Positions 26,601 to 38,610 of a DNA stretch of 64,000 nt are shown piece by piece. Each line of letters opens with the position of its first letter. The stretch's first letter is position 1. The notes beneath the pieces were generated by a model. The model was given only the letters and a program-made list of their open reading frames with translations, made no database searches and was not told the origin of the DNA. The translations under genes were made by a program, and so were the position numbers. The DNA is taken from the NCBI RefSeq assembly GCF_902713615.1, contig NC_052146.1:291222000-291285999 (forward strand). The letters run 5' to 3'. This stretch comes from Scyliorhinus canicula. Its lineage: Eukaryota.

Positions 26601-27880
26601 ACAACTATATACATTACTAGACAGGATCGCCAGAATTAAAATTAATGTATTGTCCACATTATTATATCCTTTACAAATGTTGTCTATTCTGTTGTCGACT
26701 AGGGTAGTTAAAGAAATTACTGGAATGATTAGTACATTTATTTGGAACAAAAAGAGATGTTGCCTTAAATTGGTTAAGCTCCAGTTACCAGGTCCGGTGG
26801 GTGGCTGGTTTGGCTAGATCAGTTGGTCTCTCATCAGAGACTGGGTTAGGATGGATCCAGTGTACAGCTGGCTTGACATGAAACAGAAGAGTCAAATTTT
26901 CCTCCGCAGGTCTTGTGCTTTTATGATATTAAGGCGGGCTCTGCCATGTGTGATAACTATTATTATTAATACTCTTCGAGCATGGAGGTCAGTCCGCCAA
27001 TAGAAGGGAGATCCAAACTATCTTCCACTCACTCCTATCCAAGGAAGTTCAGTCTTCCAACCCAGTCTAAATCAACCATGGATTCGATATCTGGAGAGAA
27101 AAAGAGGCTAGTGGACATGTTCAGAGATGCCGCCTTGTCATCCTTTGAGCAGCTATGTCAGTAATTTGGCATCCCAAGACAATTCTTTTTTTTTTAAAGT
27201 ATTAGAAAGCTTAATAAGACTTCCCTGCATCTTGACTCCTCGATTTCCTTAGTGAAAAGAATCCTGATCAGGAAACTGGAGAGGATTTTTGAGAGAGTCG
27301 AATCCTATATTTTTGATTCTGGGTCTCTCGGACAGGGAAATCATGGATTCTAATGAAAAAGGCTATATAATATTCTGATCGTTGCTGCTCCTAAGAATAT
27401 CATATGCTCCTGATTAGTGACAAATATCCCTCTACCCAAAACTGGCACAGGCCGATTATGGAAAGCATTCCCAAGGACCTTTGACATTTGTTCTCTGCTC
27501 GAAATCCAATCGTAAAGTATGGGACCCCTAATGTAAGTTCACAGGCTCCACTTTGGCCAAATTACTTTTGCTAGGCTATGAGCAAATTCATCTTAGTTCA
27601 ATCCATTTCAAGTTGTTAGTCTGAATAGTTATACTGGGGTGTGCATCCAGTATCATTATCCCTCTTTTCCCCATTCACTGTGGTTTCTCATTGTTGGATT
27701 GATCAGGCATTTAAGCTAAGGGCTGTGGTTCCGAACCTATTCTGTACTGTTTTACTTGCATTTATGCTGGCAATAATTATTTTTCTGTCCATACCCGTTT
27801 TGCATCAATTCTACTGCTGTGTTACATTTACTGTTATAAAAAATGGGGGGAACCTAATTGAAAATATATTTTAAAAAAGG
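21097..27880 (+). mobile_element. Old, heavily decayed L1-clade LINE with nested insertions
   Basis: ORF1 remnant (IARLDDMEERL...KLHSLEN; FQDF) and ORF2 remnants (KDKGGRCAII, RDFN, LFVLAIEPL, YADDVLL, RIKINVLSTLLY). Nested SINEs at 22217-22520 and a hAT-type element at 25422-26525. The boundaries are approximate. Confidence 0.8.
25422..26525. mobile_element. Non-autonomous hAT (Charlie-like) DNA transposon
   Basis: Termini CAGTGTTTTTCAAAC...CTTTGCAACTGCCTG (degenerate TIR). 8-bp TSD CTTTAGAC (25414-25421) / CTTTAGGC (26526-26533). GGGTCGCGACCC lies subterminally, and a small CR1 piece is nested at ~25730-25905. Confidence 0.8.
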
Positions 27881-27881
27881 A

Positions 27882-28148
27882 AAATAGACTATGAGTCCAT
27901 TCGGCCCATCGGGTCTGCACTGACCCTCCAAATGAGCACTCTATCTAGGGCCACTCCCCCACCCTATCTCTGTAAACCCGTAACCCCACCTAACCTGCAC
28001 ATCTTTGGACTGTGGGAGGAAAGCAGAACCCCCAGAGGTAATCCACGCAGACACAGGGAGAACGTGCAAACTCCACACAGTCATCCAAGGCCGAAATCAA
28101 ACAAGTGTCCCTGGCTCGGTGACGCAGCAGTGTCAACCACTGTGCCAC
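27882..28148 (-). mobile_element. HE1/V-SINE, diverged
   Basis: Reverse complement resembles the 43628-43988 copy. Confidence 0.75.
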
Positions 28149-28358
28149 CCATTTTTTACTGGGAAAAAAGATTACACAAAATGCAACCTAATTAGTACTC
28201 TCACAGATTAAAGAAATTGAATAAGGTTTGTGACTGTGATGAATACAAATAATGACCATTTGTAAGGCCCGTCCGAAAACAGGCAGTGCTTTCACTGTAA
28301 AACACAGAAATGTTAATCTACTATGCTTTAAATGACAATTGAGTTGATTAGTCATCAC

Positions 28359-29176
28359 TATTACAATCCCAGGCCAGACCCCAGCTGTGGCTAAGATACT
28401 GGATTGAAACCCCAATATTTTAGTTTATTTTGTATTACTGTATGAAAAGACTGATTCGCTCCAGGAGTGATTGTATGAAGAAATAGGGATTTGGTTCTTT
28501 TTAAAAACTTTATGAATACAATATTAAACTCTTCAACTTCATAGCCGAAAATAGCAGCTTACATTTACGCCTTACACAATCCTACTCACTTCCCCATTAA
28601 TAACAAGAAAAGAAACATACAGCTCTCACTCCATCTTAAAATCAGCTCCTTGGAACAGATTTGGGCTCCGGTTAGAACCCCGGCAGACTCTGACTTCTTA
28701 AAACAGGTTAACCTGGCTTGCTTCAGCTTCTTCCTTGTCTTCAGACAAGACTGCTCTGCTTTAAATATTATTTCTCTTTTTATAACTATCTTGATGTGAG
28801 AGAAAACTGCCTTTACTTGTAATGAAAACGAGGGTTGCCAGATCAGACTTCAACTCCTCTCAAAAGCTTTCTCAAACTGTCCCAATCCTTTAGCTCCACC
28901 CAGGAACCACATTATCTTCCCCAAGTTGAAAAATAAATGAGCTTTCCAGGCTAAAAGCACATTCACTCCCCAGGGACCCCAGTCAAACTACTGTGCATTA
29001 GCCCAGACTGAAAAATGCGTTCCTCTGGTCAATTTCACCTCCGGGCTCCAAAACGCTACCAGGTCCTGCAAACAAAATCCTTCCTAAAAACATCACCACT
29101 GCAGTCAAACACACTATAACCCCAGGCTTTGCCAATATTGAGCATCCAATATTCCTAAAACCCTCCATTCGCCACA
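28359..29176 (-). mobile_element. Solo LTR (~820 bp, gypsy/ERV-like)
   Basis: Plus-strand termini TATTACA...CGCCACA (TG...CA with one substitution). 4-bp TSD TCAC at 28355-28358 and 29177-29180. AATAAA lies near the minus-strand 3' end, and there is no ORF. Confidence 0.6.
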
Positions 29177-29591
29177 TCACTAATTCAAACAATATGCTTC
29201 CAGGCGTATATCACTCAACTAATTATATAACTAGTGCATTAAAATACTGTCTCATTCAGTTCTCCATAGTAAATCGCTAGCCATTAGCAGAGAATACAGA
29301 CAAAACAGCCTGATGGAAAGAGTACACTATACCAAATTTAAGATAATTGTCAGAATCTTCCACATTTTAGTAGGTTAACATCATTAATCTACAAGCTTTT
29401 TAAGAGCTCTTAGAAACATATATTGCAGACTTATGTAGTATGGTACATTTGTCAAATATGTGTTTACTCCCACACTTTAACAACACCATTTATAAAGCAT
29501 AAATGTACCATGGTGCTTCATAGAAGTGTAATCAAAAGGAGATATTAAGAGGTGTGACTACCAGATCAGTCAGTGGTGGGTATCAAGGAAT

Positions 29592-30465
29592 TGTAAGGGA
29601 GGGCTGTAGCCATCTGGGATGGCCACTTACAAAGGATCCTAGGAAATAGGGCCACCTGCAAAGGACCATGGGAAATATGGTCAACCCAGGACTCAGACAC
29701 TGAGCTTATGTATATTGGCAACTTAAGATAACTAGACGCTATTGAATCCCCCAGCTACTTTGCATTCTAATGGCCCATTTCCCCAGAACAAAAGACCTGT
29801 ACTCAGGTAACAGATACAGAAACAGACTCATCGGCGCCACTCCCTTTGCTCAGTGAGCCCAAAAAGCCAAGGTCAATGACCGCTCAGGACAAGCCCTGCC
29901 ATCAAGGCACCCGCCCCTTTATTGGCCAAAATCGAAGGCAGTAATCGAAGCCTACCGAATTATTGGGTCCAAAGCTAAGGACCACCCGAAATAGCACGAA
30001 ACCCCAGATTGATAGAGAGAGACACTGCCATGTGTTCGGTCTCTCTTGGCCCCGGCGCTCGGTCTCTCTTGGCCCCGACTTACGCCTAAAATCAAGTGTA
30101 GCATCACGACCAGAAGACAAGTTCAAGACCAACGATCACTACCAGACGGATGAGCCCAGCAGAAACAAAGTCACTTCTCCAGACCCAGCCACGCAAGATC
30201 CTCTGCATAAAGCTGGGTGCCTGAAGTTAAGTACAGGTTGTTGTAGTGTTAGGTGTAATTTAGCTTGTAGTGTTTTATGTTGCATGTCAAAGTAATTCTT
30301 GTGTGTGAATAAACTATAATTGAACTTGAACTAACTAACTGGTTGTTTGGTCTTTGATAGAGATCCGGTAAAACCTTGTGGTGGTATCATTTGATACCTG
30401 GCGACTCTGAAAAGAAATATTATCATTCATAACTGTCATATCAGTATCCGTTAAAAAAAGCAACA
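29592..30465 (+). mobile_element. LTR-like element (~870 bp)
   Basis: TGTAAG...GCAACA termini and AATAAA at ~30308, followed by a PBS-like TGGCATCTCC. An internal direct repeat CGGTCTCTCTTGGCCCCG occurs twice at 30037-30077. No clear TSD. Confidence 0.5.
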
Positions 30466-30524
30466 TTATTGGCATCTCCGGTGCCGATTGGCAACAGGGC
30501 AAAAAGGATTAGTGAGGGGATTAG

Positions 30525-30830
30525 AGGCAGCATGGTAGCACAGTGGTTAACACAGTTGCTTCACAGCTCCAGGTCCCAGGTTTGATTCCTGGCTTGGGTC
30601 ACTGTCTGTGCGGAGTTTGCACGTTCTGCCGTGTCTGAGTGGGCTGCCCAGTCTCCACCCACAGTCCAAAGATGTGGAGGTTAGGTGGGCTGGCCATGAT
30701 AAATTGTCCTTAGTGTCCAAAAAGGTTAGGTGGGGTTACGGGCATGGGGTGGGGTGCTCTTTCCAAGGTCCGGTGCAGACTCAATGGGCCAAATGGCCTC
30801 CTTCTGCACTGTTAAGTCTATGATTCTATG
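30525..30830 (+). mobile_element. HE1/V-SINE
   Basis: tRNA-like head, V-domain and CR1-type tail TGGCCTCCTTCTGCACTG...TCTATGATTCTATG. Confidence 0.85.
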
Positions 30831-31542
30831 AGATGCCAGAGTTTAGGGAAAGACAGCAGGAAATAGTGGAACAAAAGGAGCAGTGGATGCAAAGTCATCA
30901 AAGGACTGTGGGGTTGGAGAAGGTTTCAGATATTACGAGGAGCAAGCCATGATGGGATTTAAACTCAAGATGAAAATTCTAAATCTAAGTGGGAAACATG
31001 TTTGGATCAGTGAGCACAGAGGTAATGTGCGACTAGGACTTGGCGCAGGGCAAGATAATTCAGCAGGTTAAAACATTTCTTATTTCTGATCAACAACATT
31101 GATTTAAGTTTACATTCTGATTTTAGAAAGGTAGAAAGGTCATAAAATATTAATTATTGCCTGCATTCCAACCAAGATTCTTGGAGAGCAGGGGGGAAAG
31201 AGAGTAAAGACAAGAGGAGAAATGAGGGAAGAGAAACAAGGATTATGGAAGATCAGGCAAATGCAGAGAATATTGATGGGGCTGCAACTGAAACAAAGAA
31301 TACATGGAATAAATCCAAATCAAAAATCATTCATTCATTATTTCAAGGAATCTTGAAAATTATTTAAACTTAAAAAGGTTGGCTCGGGTAGGCAAAGGGG
31401 GAAGGAGGTGGATGACAGGTTTGGATGGAAATCATATCCTAAACAATGATCAAACATGGATGCTAATTAATAGGTGGAAATTAGTTCAGTAACTCAAGGA
31501 TATATTGGAATCAGTTATTAGTAATTGACAGACAAAGGGCGA

Positions 31543-31724
31543 GAGCACAGTAAGATGTCTTACAATACCAGGTTAAAGTCTAACATGTTTGTTTCAAACA
31601 CTAGCTTTCCTGAAGGAGCAGTGCTCCAAAAGCTAGTGTTTGAAACAAACATGTTGGACTTTAACCTGGTGTTGTAAGACGTCTTACTGTGCTCACCCCA
31701 GTCCAACGCCGGCATCTCCACATC
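31543..31724 (+). mobile_element. Palindromic mini Penelope-like element (inverted partial pLTR + pLTR + 3' extension)
   Basis: ~66-bp inverted arms (31543-31608 / 31629-31694). The sequence matches the termini of the 47497-50730 element. Confidence 0.85.
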
Positions 31725-32805
31725 AAAAGGCTAGAGGAGGAGGCAAACATATTTACCGATTGATTGTCGCATGTACCGGAGTAGTGAAAAGTATTTTTCT
31801 GCGGCCAAGGGAACGTACGCAGGACGTACATAGTAGACCAAAAGAATAATCGACAGAGAACAATAACAAATAGTACATCAACAAATAGTGATTGGTTAAA
31901 GTGCGGACCAAGGGCCAAACAAGGCAAATACATGAGCAAGAGCAGCATAGGGCGTTGTGAACTGTGTTCTTATGTACCCAGCATCACACATGTCAGTCTT
32001 CAGCCAACATGATTCACTCCACATGATATCAAGAAACAGCAACGGTTATGAGCCCTGACAATATCCCAGCAATAGTACTGAAGACTTAGGCTCCAGAACT
32101 TGCTGCACCACTAGCCAAGCTGTTCCAGCACGGCTACAACACTGGCATCTACCCGGCATTGTGGAAATTGCACAGGTGTGTCCTGTACACTAAGAAACAT
32201 GACAAACAACACTCAAGAAGTTCTATACCATCCAGGACAAAGCAGCCCCCTTGATTCCTCTCCTTCTACAAACATTTAAATCCTCCACCATCAACAAACG
32301 GTGGCAGCCATGTGTACCATCTACAAGATACGCTGCAGTAACTCACCAAGGTTCCTTAGACACCTTCCAAACTCACGACCACTACCATCTAGAAGGACAA
32401 GAGCAGCAGATATCTGGGACCCCACCAGCTGAAGGTTCCCCTCCAAGTCACTCACCAGCCTTACTTGGAAATATATCACCATTCTTTCACTGTCGCTGGG
32501 GCAACATCCTGGAACACTCTCCCTAACAGCACAGTGCGCGAGTATCAGAAGGACAATGCTCCAGAGGGAGAGGCAAGATGGGGGCTTGGTCTTGCCAAAC
32601 TTTCAGTATTACTATTGGACAGCAAATGCTAAAAAGGTGCTAGAGTGATGCAGAGATTCAGAGGAGCTATGGGTCTGGATAGAAGTGGAGTCTGTGAGGG
32701 GGTGGGGGAAGGCCTGGGTGCATCGGTAACTTCTCCGCTCCCGGTGGTGCCGAAGAAACATTCAACTAACCCACTGCCAGCAATCACGTTAAAAAACTGG
32801 AGATG

Positions 32806-35800
32806 ACTTCCGGTGGCGGTCATGGGGTGAGTGGTCGCACACAGGGCAGCCCCATTTGAAGGTGTAGAAAACAGCTCTTTTTGCCTGAAATCAGGTGCTA
32901 CTTTGACGGAAAAGTGTAACTGAAGATTGGAGGGAAGGTTCCCCCCCCCCTTCCAGGAGTGGTATGTTTGCTGGTTATCAAACCCAGCAGAAGGTGAGGG
33001 ACTTGGCCAAGGAGTTGGAAGTGACCTGTTGCGTAGCAACCAGTGGAAGGATGGTGATGGGGTATGGGCCAGTGCAAGCAGCAAATCCCCAGATGGATCC
33101 ACCTTCATCAAGGAAGACTTCCGCCAGCAGAGGAAGAAGATGCAGGAGGACTAAAGGTGGTACACCTCCACCCTAGTCCCATAACCCAGTAACCCCCCCA
33201 GCACAAACGGCAATTTTGTACACGAAGGGCAATTTAGCATGGCCAATCCACCTAACCTGCACACCTAATCCACCTAACCTACGATGGGTAGAATATGAAA
33301 GGCAAAGGAGCTGGGCGGGTTTATGGAAAAGATGGGTATGGTGGACCCGTAGCGCGTCAAGAACCCGGGGAAAGGGAGTATACCTTCTTCTCATGTGTAT
33401 TGGGTGTATTCAAGAATCAACTTTATTTCGGTGAGCCGGGAGGTTTTGGATCGGGTGGACGGGGCAGAATACGCAGGGATAGTAACCTCGGACCATGCGC
33501 CCCACTGGCTGGAGATTCAGCTTGGATCGGGACGGGAGCAGAGGGCGGGGTGGAGGTTCGATTCGGAGGTTGTTGGCGATGGAGGGTTTTGTGATAAAGT
33601 GCAAGCTGTGATTAAAGATTATGTGGATTGAACCAAAATGGGGAGGTGTTGGTGGCCACATTGTGGGAAGCGCTAAAAGCAGTGGTCTGAGGGGAGATTA
33701 TCTTGTTCAAGGCACATGGGGATAGGGAAAGGAGGGAGGACCATGAACAGCTAATGAATGAGAAAGTGGAGGTAGATAGGGAGTATTCGAGGGTGCCCAC
33801 CACAGTGAGATTGGCGAGGAGGAAAAGGTTACAGAGGCAATTTTATAGGTTGACAATGGGGAGGGCGGTAGGACAGCTGCACAGGGTAAGAGGGGTGCAG
33901 TACAAATACAGGAGAAGAAGGAGAGTCGAATGTTAGTACATTAACTAACATGCAGCACTGTAGCACAGTAATTAGCACAGTTGCTTCACAGCTCCAGGGT
34001 CCCAGGTTTGATTCTCGGCTTGGGTCACTGTCTGTGCAGAATCTGCATGTTCTCCCTGTGTCTGCGTGGGTTTCCTCCGGGTGCTCCGGTTTCCTCCCAA
34101 ACCACTGTAAATTCTAGGATTCCATGATTCTATAATTACGGAGGCAGGCTACATCCAGGGAAGTATTGAAGATACAGACTGGGGCAGGGGATGTTACGTC
34201 AGGCCGGGGAAGATAAATGAGGCGTTTAGGGAGTACTATAAAGGAACTGTGTAGGGCGGACCTACACATAGGGGGACACGGGACAGTTCTTAGACAAACT
34301 AGAGTTTCCACAGTTGGAGGAAGAGAAGGGGCAAGTGCTAGAGGGGTCCTTAGGGCTGGGGAAGGTATTGGATAGTACAAGGGGTATGAAGTCGGAGAAG
34401 GCCCGGGGCCCGATGGTTTGTGACGGACCTGGCACCACATCTCTTGGGGACGTTTAGCAAGGCACTGGAGAAGGGGGAGCTGCCAATGATGCAAGCACGA
34501 TGACATTAATACCAAAAAAGGGGAAGGACCATTGGAATATGGGTCGTATAGGGCCATATCATTGTTAATTACAGATGTGAAAGTACTGGCTAATTTGGTG
34601 GCGGGAAGGATGGAAGGTTGTGTCCTGGGGGTGATTGCGGAGGACCAAACAGGCTTCTTAAAGGTCAATCAGCTTTCTAGTAATATAAGGCAGATGTTAA
34701 ATGTGATCACGACCCCATCGAGAGCCCAGGTACCGGAGGTAGTGGTGTCCATGGACACGGAGAAGGCATTTGACCGGGTGGAGTGGTGGTACCTGTTTGA
34801 GGTCATGGGAAGGTTCGGGTTTGGGCCAAAGTTTGTGGCATGGGTGCGCCTGTTATATGTGGCACCGATAGCAAGTGTGCAGACCAATGACATGGGTTCA
34901 CGAAACTTAACTACACAGAGGAACAAGGCAGGGGTGCCTACTGTCGCCGCTGCTGTTTGCGCTGGCTATAGAGCCTCTGACAATGGCTCTTAGGGGATCG
35001 GCTGAGAGGAAGGGAACGAAGTGAGCATCGGGTGTCGCTATATGCAGATGTCCCAGTATTGTACGTTTTGAACCAGCTGGAGAGAATTATGGGCCTGTTG
35101 GGGCTGTTCTCGGGATACAAGTTAAATGTAGGGAAAAGCAAAGTGTTCCCGGTGAACAAATTGGGTCGGTGAGCCAAACTAGGAGGAATGCCATTTAAGG
35201 TGGCCAGATTCAGGTTTAGAGGGAATGTGCAATGCTTCATAAATGGAACTTAACAAAACTGGTGGAGGAGGCTAGAGAGGATCTCAAGAGGTGGGACACG
35301 CTGCACTCGACTTTGGCAGGGAGGGCCCAAGTGGTGAAGATGAACATTCTGCCGAGGTTCCTGTTCATATTCCAGACACTCCAAATCTTTATCCCGAAGG
35401 CCTTCTTTCGAAAACTGGATATGATTATTTCAGACTCTGTATGGGCAGGAAAGGTGCCAAGAATTAAGAGGACCCTGTTACAGAAGCAGAAAGGAGGGTT
35501 GGCATTGCCGAACCTGCTACATTATTACTGGGCAGCGAACGTGGAGAAAGTGAGGCGGAGGTGGGAAGGAGATGGGGTATAACGGGTTGGGATGGAGGTA
35601 GATTTCTTTAGGGGGTCCAGCTTAAGGGCGATGGTGACAGCGGCATTGCCACTAGCACCAATGGAAACACTCAAGAGAGCCCTGTAATTCAGTCCATGGT
35701 GAAGGTCTGGACCCAGCTCAGGAGGCATTTTAAGATAGAGGGGATGTCGATGTTAACGCTGCTGTGCAAAAACCACGGTTTTGAGCCAGGGGGATAGATG

Positions 35801-36880
35801 GCATATATAGGAAATGGAGAGAAGTGGGGCTGGTTAAGGTGAGGGATTTGTACCTGGAAGAAAGGTTTGCCCGTATAGAGGAACTGAAGGAGAGGGTAGA
35901 GCTCCAGAAAGGATGCGAGTTGAGGTACCTGCAGGCAAGGGGCTTCGCGCGGAAGGCTTGGAAAGAGTTCCCCAGGGACACCCAGGAAGCGACTGCTGCT
36001 TCCCGAAGTGGATGGGGAGGACAGGATTGGAGACATATACAGGTGGCTGGGAGAACAGGGGGTGAAGATTAAGGAGAAGTGAGAGGGGTGATAAAGTGAG
36101 AATATGCAGTGAGGTGCTACGAAGGGTAAATGCGACCTCCTCATGCACAGGAGCTGGTTTAGCACACTGGGCTAAATCGCTGGCTTTTAAAGGAGACCAA
36201 GACAGGCCAGCAGCACGGTTCAATTGCCGTACCAGCCTCCCCAAACAGGAGCCGGAATGTGGCGTCTAGGGGCTTTTCACAGTAACTTCGTTGAAGCCTA
36301 CTCGTGACAATAAGCGATTTTCACTTTCATTTCACAAGGATGAGCCTGTTACAATTCAAGGTGGTACACAGGGTAAATATGACTTGGGCAAGAATGAGTG
36401 GGCTCTCCCAGGGAGTGATAGACGAGTGTGAGAAGTGTGGGCGAGGACCAGCGAATCATGTTCACATGTTCTGGGGCTGGGAAAACGTGGTGCTAACAAG
36501 GCTAGTGGGGGTGAAGGCTGAGCCGGACTCATGGTGGCAATATTTGGGATATCGGTAAAGCCAGAGCTGATGGAGGGAACGAGGCCCATGTTATGGCCTT
36601 TGCCTCTCGATTGCCCAAAGAATTCTGGAGTGGCAGTCAGCAATGCCACCGGGGTTGGCGGGTTGACTGCGGGACTTGTATGACTTTCTCCAGTTGGAAA
36701 AGACTAAATACGAATTAAGGGATTCAGCGGAGGGCTTCGAGGCAAGATGGAGATTCGTGGCTGTGCTCGAGGAGCTGTTCGTCGTGGAGGGGGTGGGTAA
36801 AAAAGGGGGAAAATGTGTACAAACTAAGTTTTGTGTTGGGGAGTTTGTTTGTGTTCGTGCTAAAATACATTTTTTTTTTT
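32806..36880 (+). mobile_element. Decayed, internally deleted L1-clade LINE with nested SINEs
   Basis: 5' ACTTCCGGTGGCGG as in the young L1. ORF2 remnants YSRINF, SDHAPHW, EDQTGF, DTEKAFDRVEW and CEKC...HVHMFWG. SINEs at ~33165-33280, 33951-34135 and 36150-36333. Confidence 0.88.
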
Positions 36881-38079
36881 GAAATTGAGGCAATTCTGTC
36901 AACATTTCAATTTGAAGGCTGTCTCAAGGTTAGCCCCCATCTGTGCAAATTAGTTATTCGAGCCTGCTAGGTCAGATGTGAAGTTTAGGGAGTGGAAGGA
37001 AAAGGGGTTGAAGAATTTGGGAGATTTGTTCTTAAGAAGGTCGGTTCGCTGGGCTGGGAGAACTGAAGGAAAAATATGCACTTACAGATGCTGATGGGTT
37101 CAGGTATCTTCAGGTGCACAGCTGGGTCAAAAGGCATTTTCCAGCCTTCCTGGTGAAGCAGTCTTCTACTTTGCTCAAGCAGATTTTATTCAGCTCTGAG
37201 TTGGAGGTGGCCAGCACGCAGGGCAGGGCATATACCAGCGGATACTTTGGGGGGGGGGGGGGGCAGAGGCAGAGGCAGAGGCCTTTGCCTCACTTGTGAC
37301 AAGGCGGTGGATCCTCTCGGCACCTCAGCGTGGCTGGGTGACTTGGGAGTTTTTGCACCTCGAGAAGGTCAAGTTTACCGAGAGAGATTCGGTGGAAGGG
37401 TTTTATCGTGGATGCCATGGTGGCCATTTATAATGCATTTTAAAGAGTTGGTCACTGTTAGCTGTTAGGGGGTAGTTTAGTGGTGAGGTTATAGTGCTGC
37501 AAGGGGAAGGGAGGGGGCGGAATTCTTACAACCTGAACAAGTGTGATCCGAAATGGACCAAACCAATAAGAAAAGTAAATCAGACTATTCAACTCTTTCA
37601 GGAAGAAAGGGGAGGTGAAACAAACATGGAGAAAACATTCAATACATGTTAAAAAGGTGGTCAAAGTAAAGAAGGAAATCTTGAAAATGAATATAACTGC
37701 AAAACAGAATAGTAAGAAATTATGTAGTGTAACAGCAATTAACAACCATAGAAAAAATGGGAGAGCCCTAAAGAATGCCAATTGGTCAAAATAGAGGATG
37801 AACAATAAAATAATTAACGTACAAAGTAACGCCTCTTCAAATATTCATTCAGGAGGCATCAGCATTATCAGTGATAATCCACATATGAAAAGTCATCGAC
37901 CTGGAACATTAACTTTGTTTCTAACTCCACATTTGTTGCTTGAACTGGTAGATATTTGCGTTATTTTCTGTTTTTATTTCAGGATTAAAGACTTTTCAAT
38001 TTTAACCATTAGAGATCTAAGAAAAGAGCTGGATGCTATTTATCCTATGGAAGTGTAACACAGTAAAGGGAACAACAAT

Positions 38080-38610
38080 TTATACTGCATGGGAAGAGAG
38101 TGCTAAATGGTTGGTAAGTGAACTCTGATTGGGAGATATGCCATGGGGAAAGCAGTAGGGGGAAACAGTTAACTGCCAAGCTCTTTGTTCAAATTCAAAC
38201 CAGGCAGATCAACTCATTGGTCAAGGCATTGCCCTGGGAGAAGAAACTAGGGAATGACTAGCCCCAAGCTTTAGTTTGAACAGAAGGAGGATGTTCACAT
38301 ATTGCACCTTGTTCAACTAAACAAATGTTGGGGTGGCGGGGGGGGGAGTAGAGGTAGTCATTCTCTTGTTCTATCTTCATGGCAGTGACCAGTGTTGACC
38401 TGCCTGGTTTGAATTTTAACAAAAAGCTTGGCTGTTAACCATTTCATGCTGCATTCCCAATTTTACCAGAGTCCACTTGCCAACCAATCAGCACTTTTTC
38501 TCATGCAGTATAGACTGATGTTTCCTTTACACTGTCAGTATGTTTATGCGCGCTGTCCAGAGTGCAAGACAAAATGCTTTGAGAACATGGTTTTTGTCAA
38601 CAATACTCAA
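38080..38610. mobile_element. Inverted pair of a second short repeat family (possibly Penelope-derived)
   Basis: 38080-38215 is approximately the reverse complement of 38391-38512. A further copy lies at ~41940-42250, and a hammerhead-like motif follows the plus-strand copies. Confidence 0.55.
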
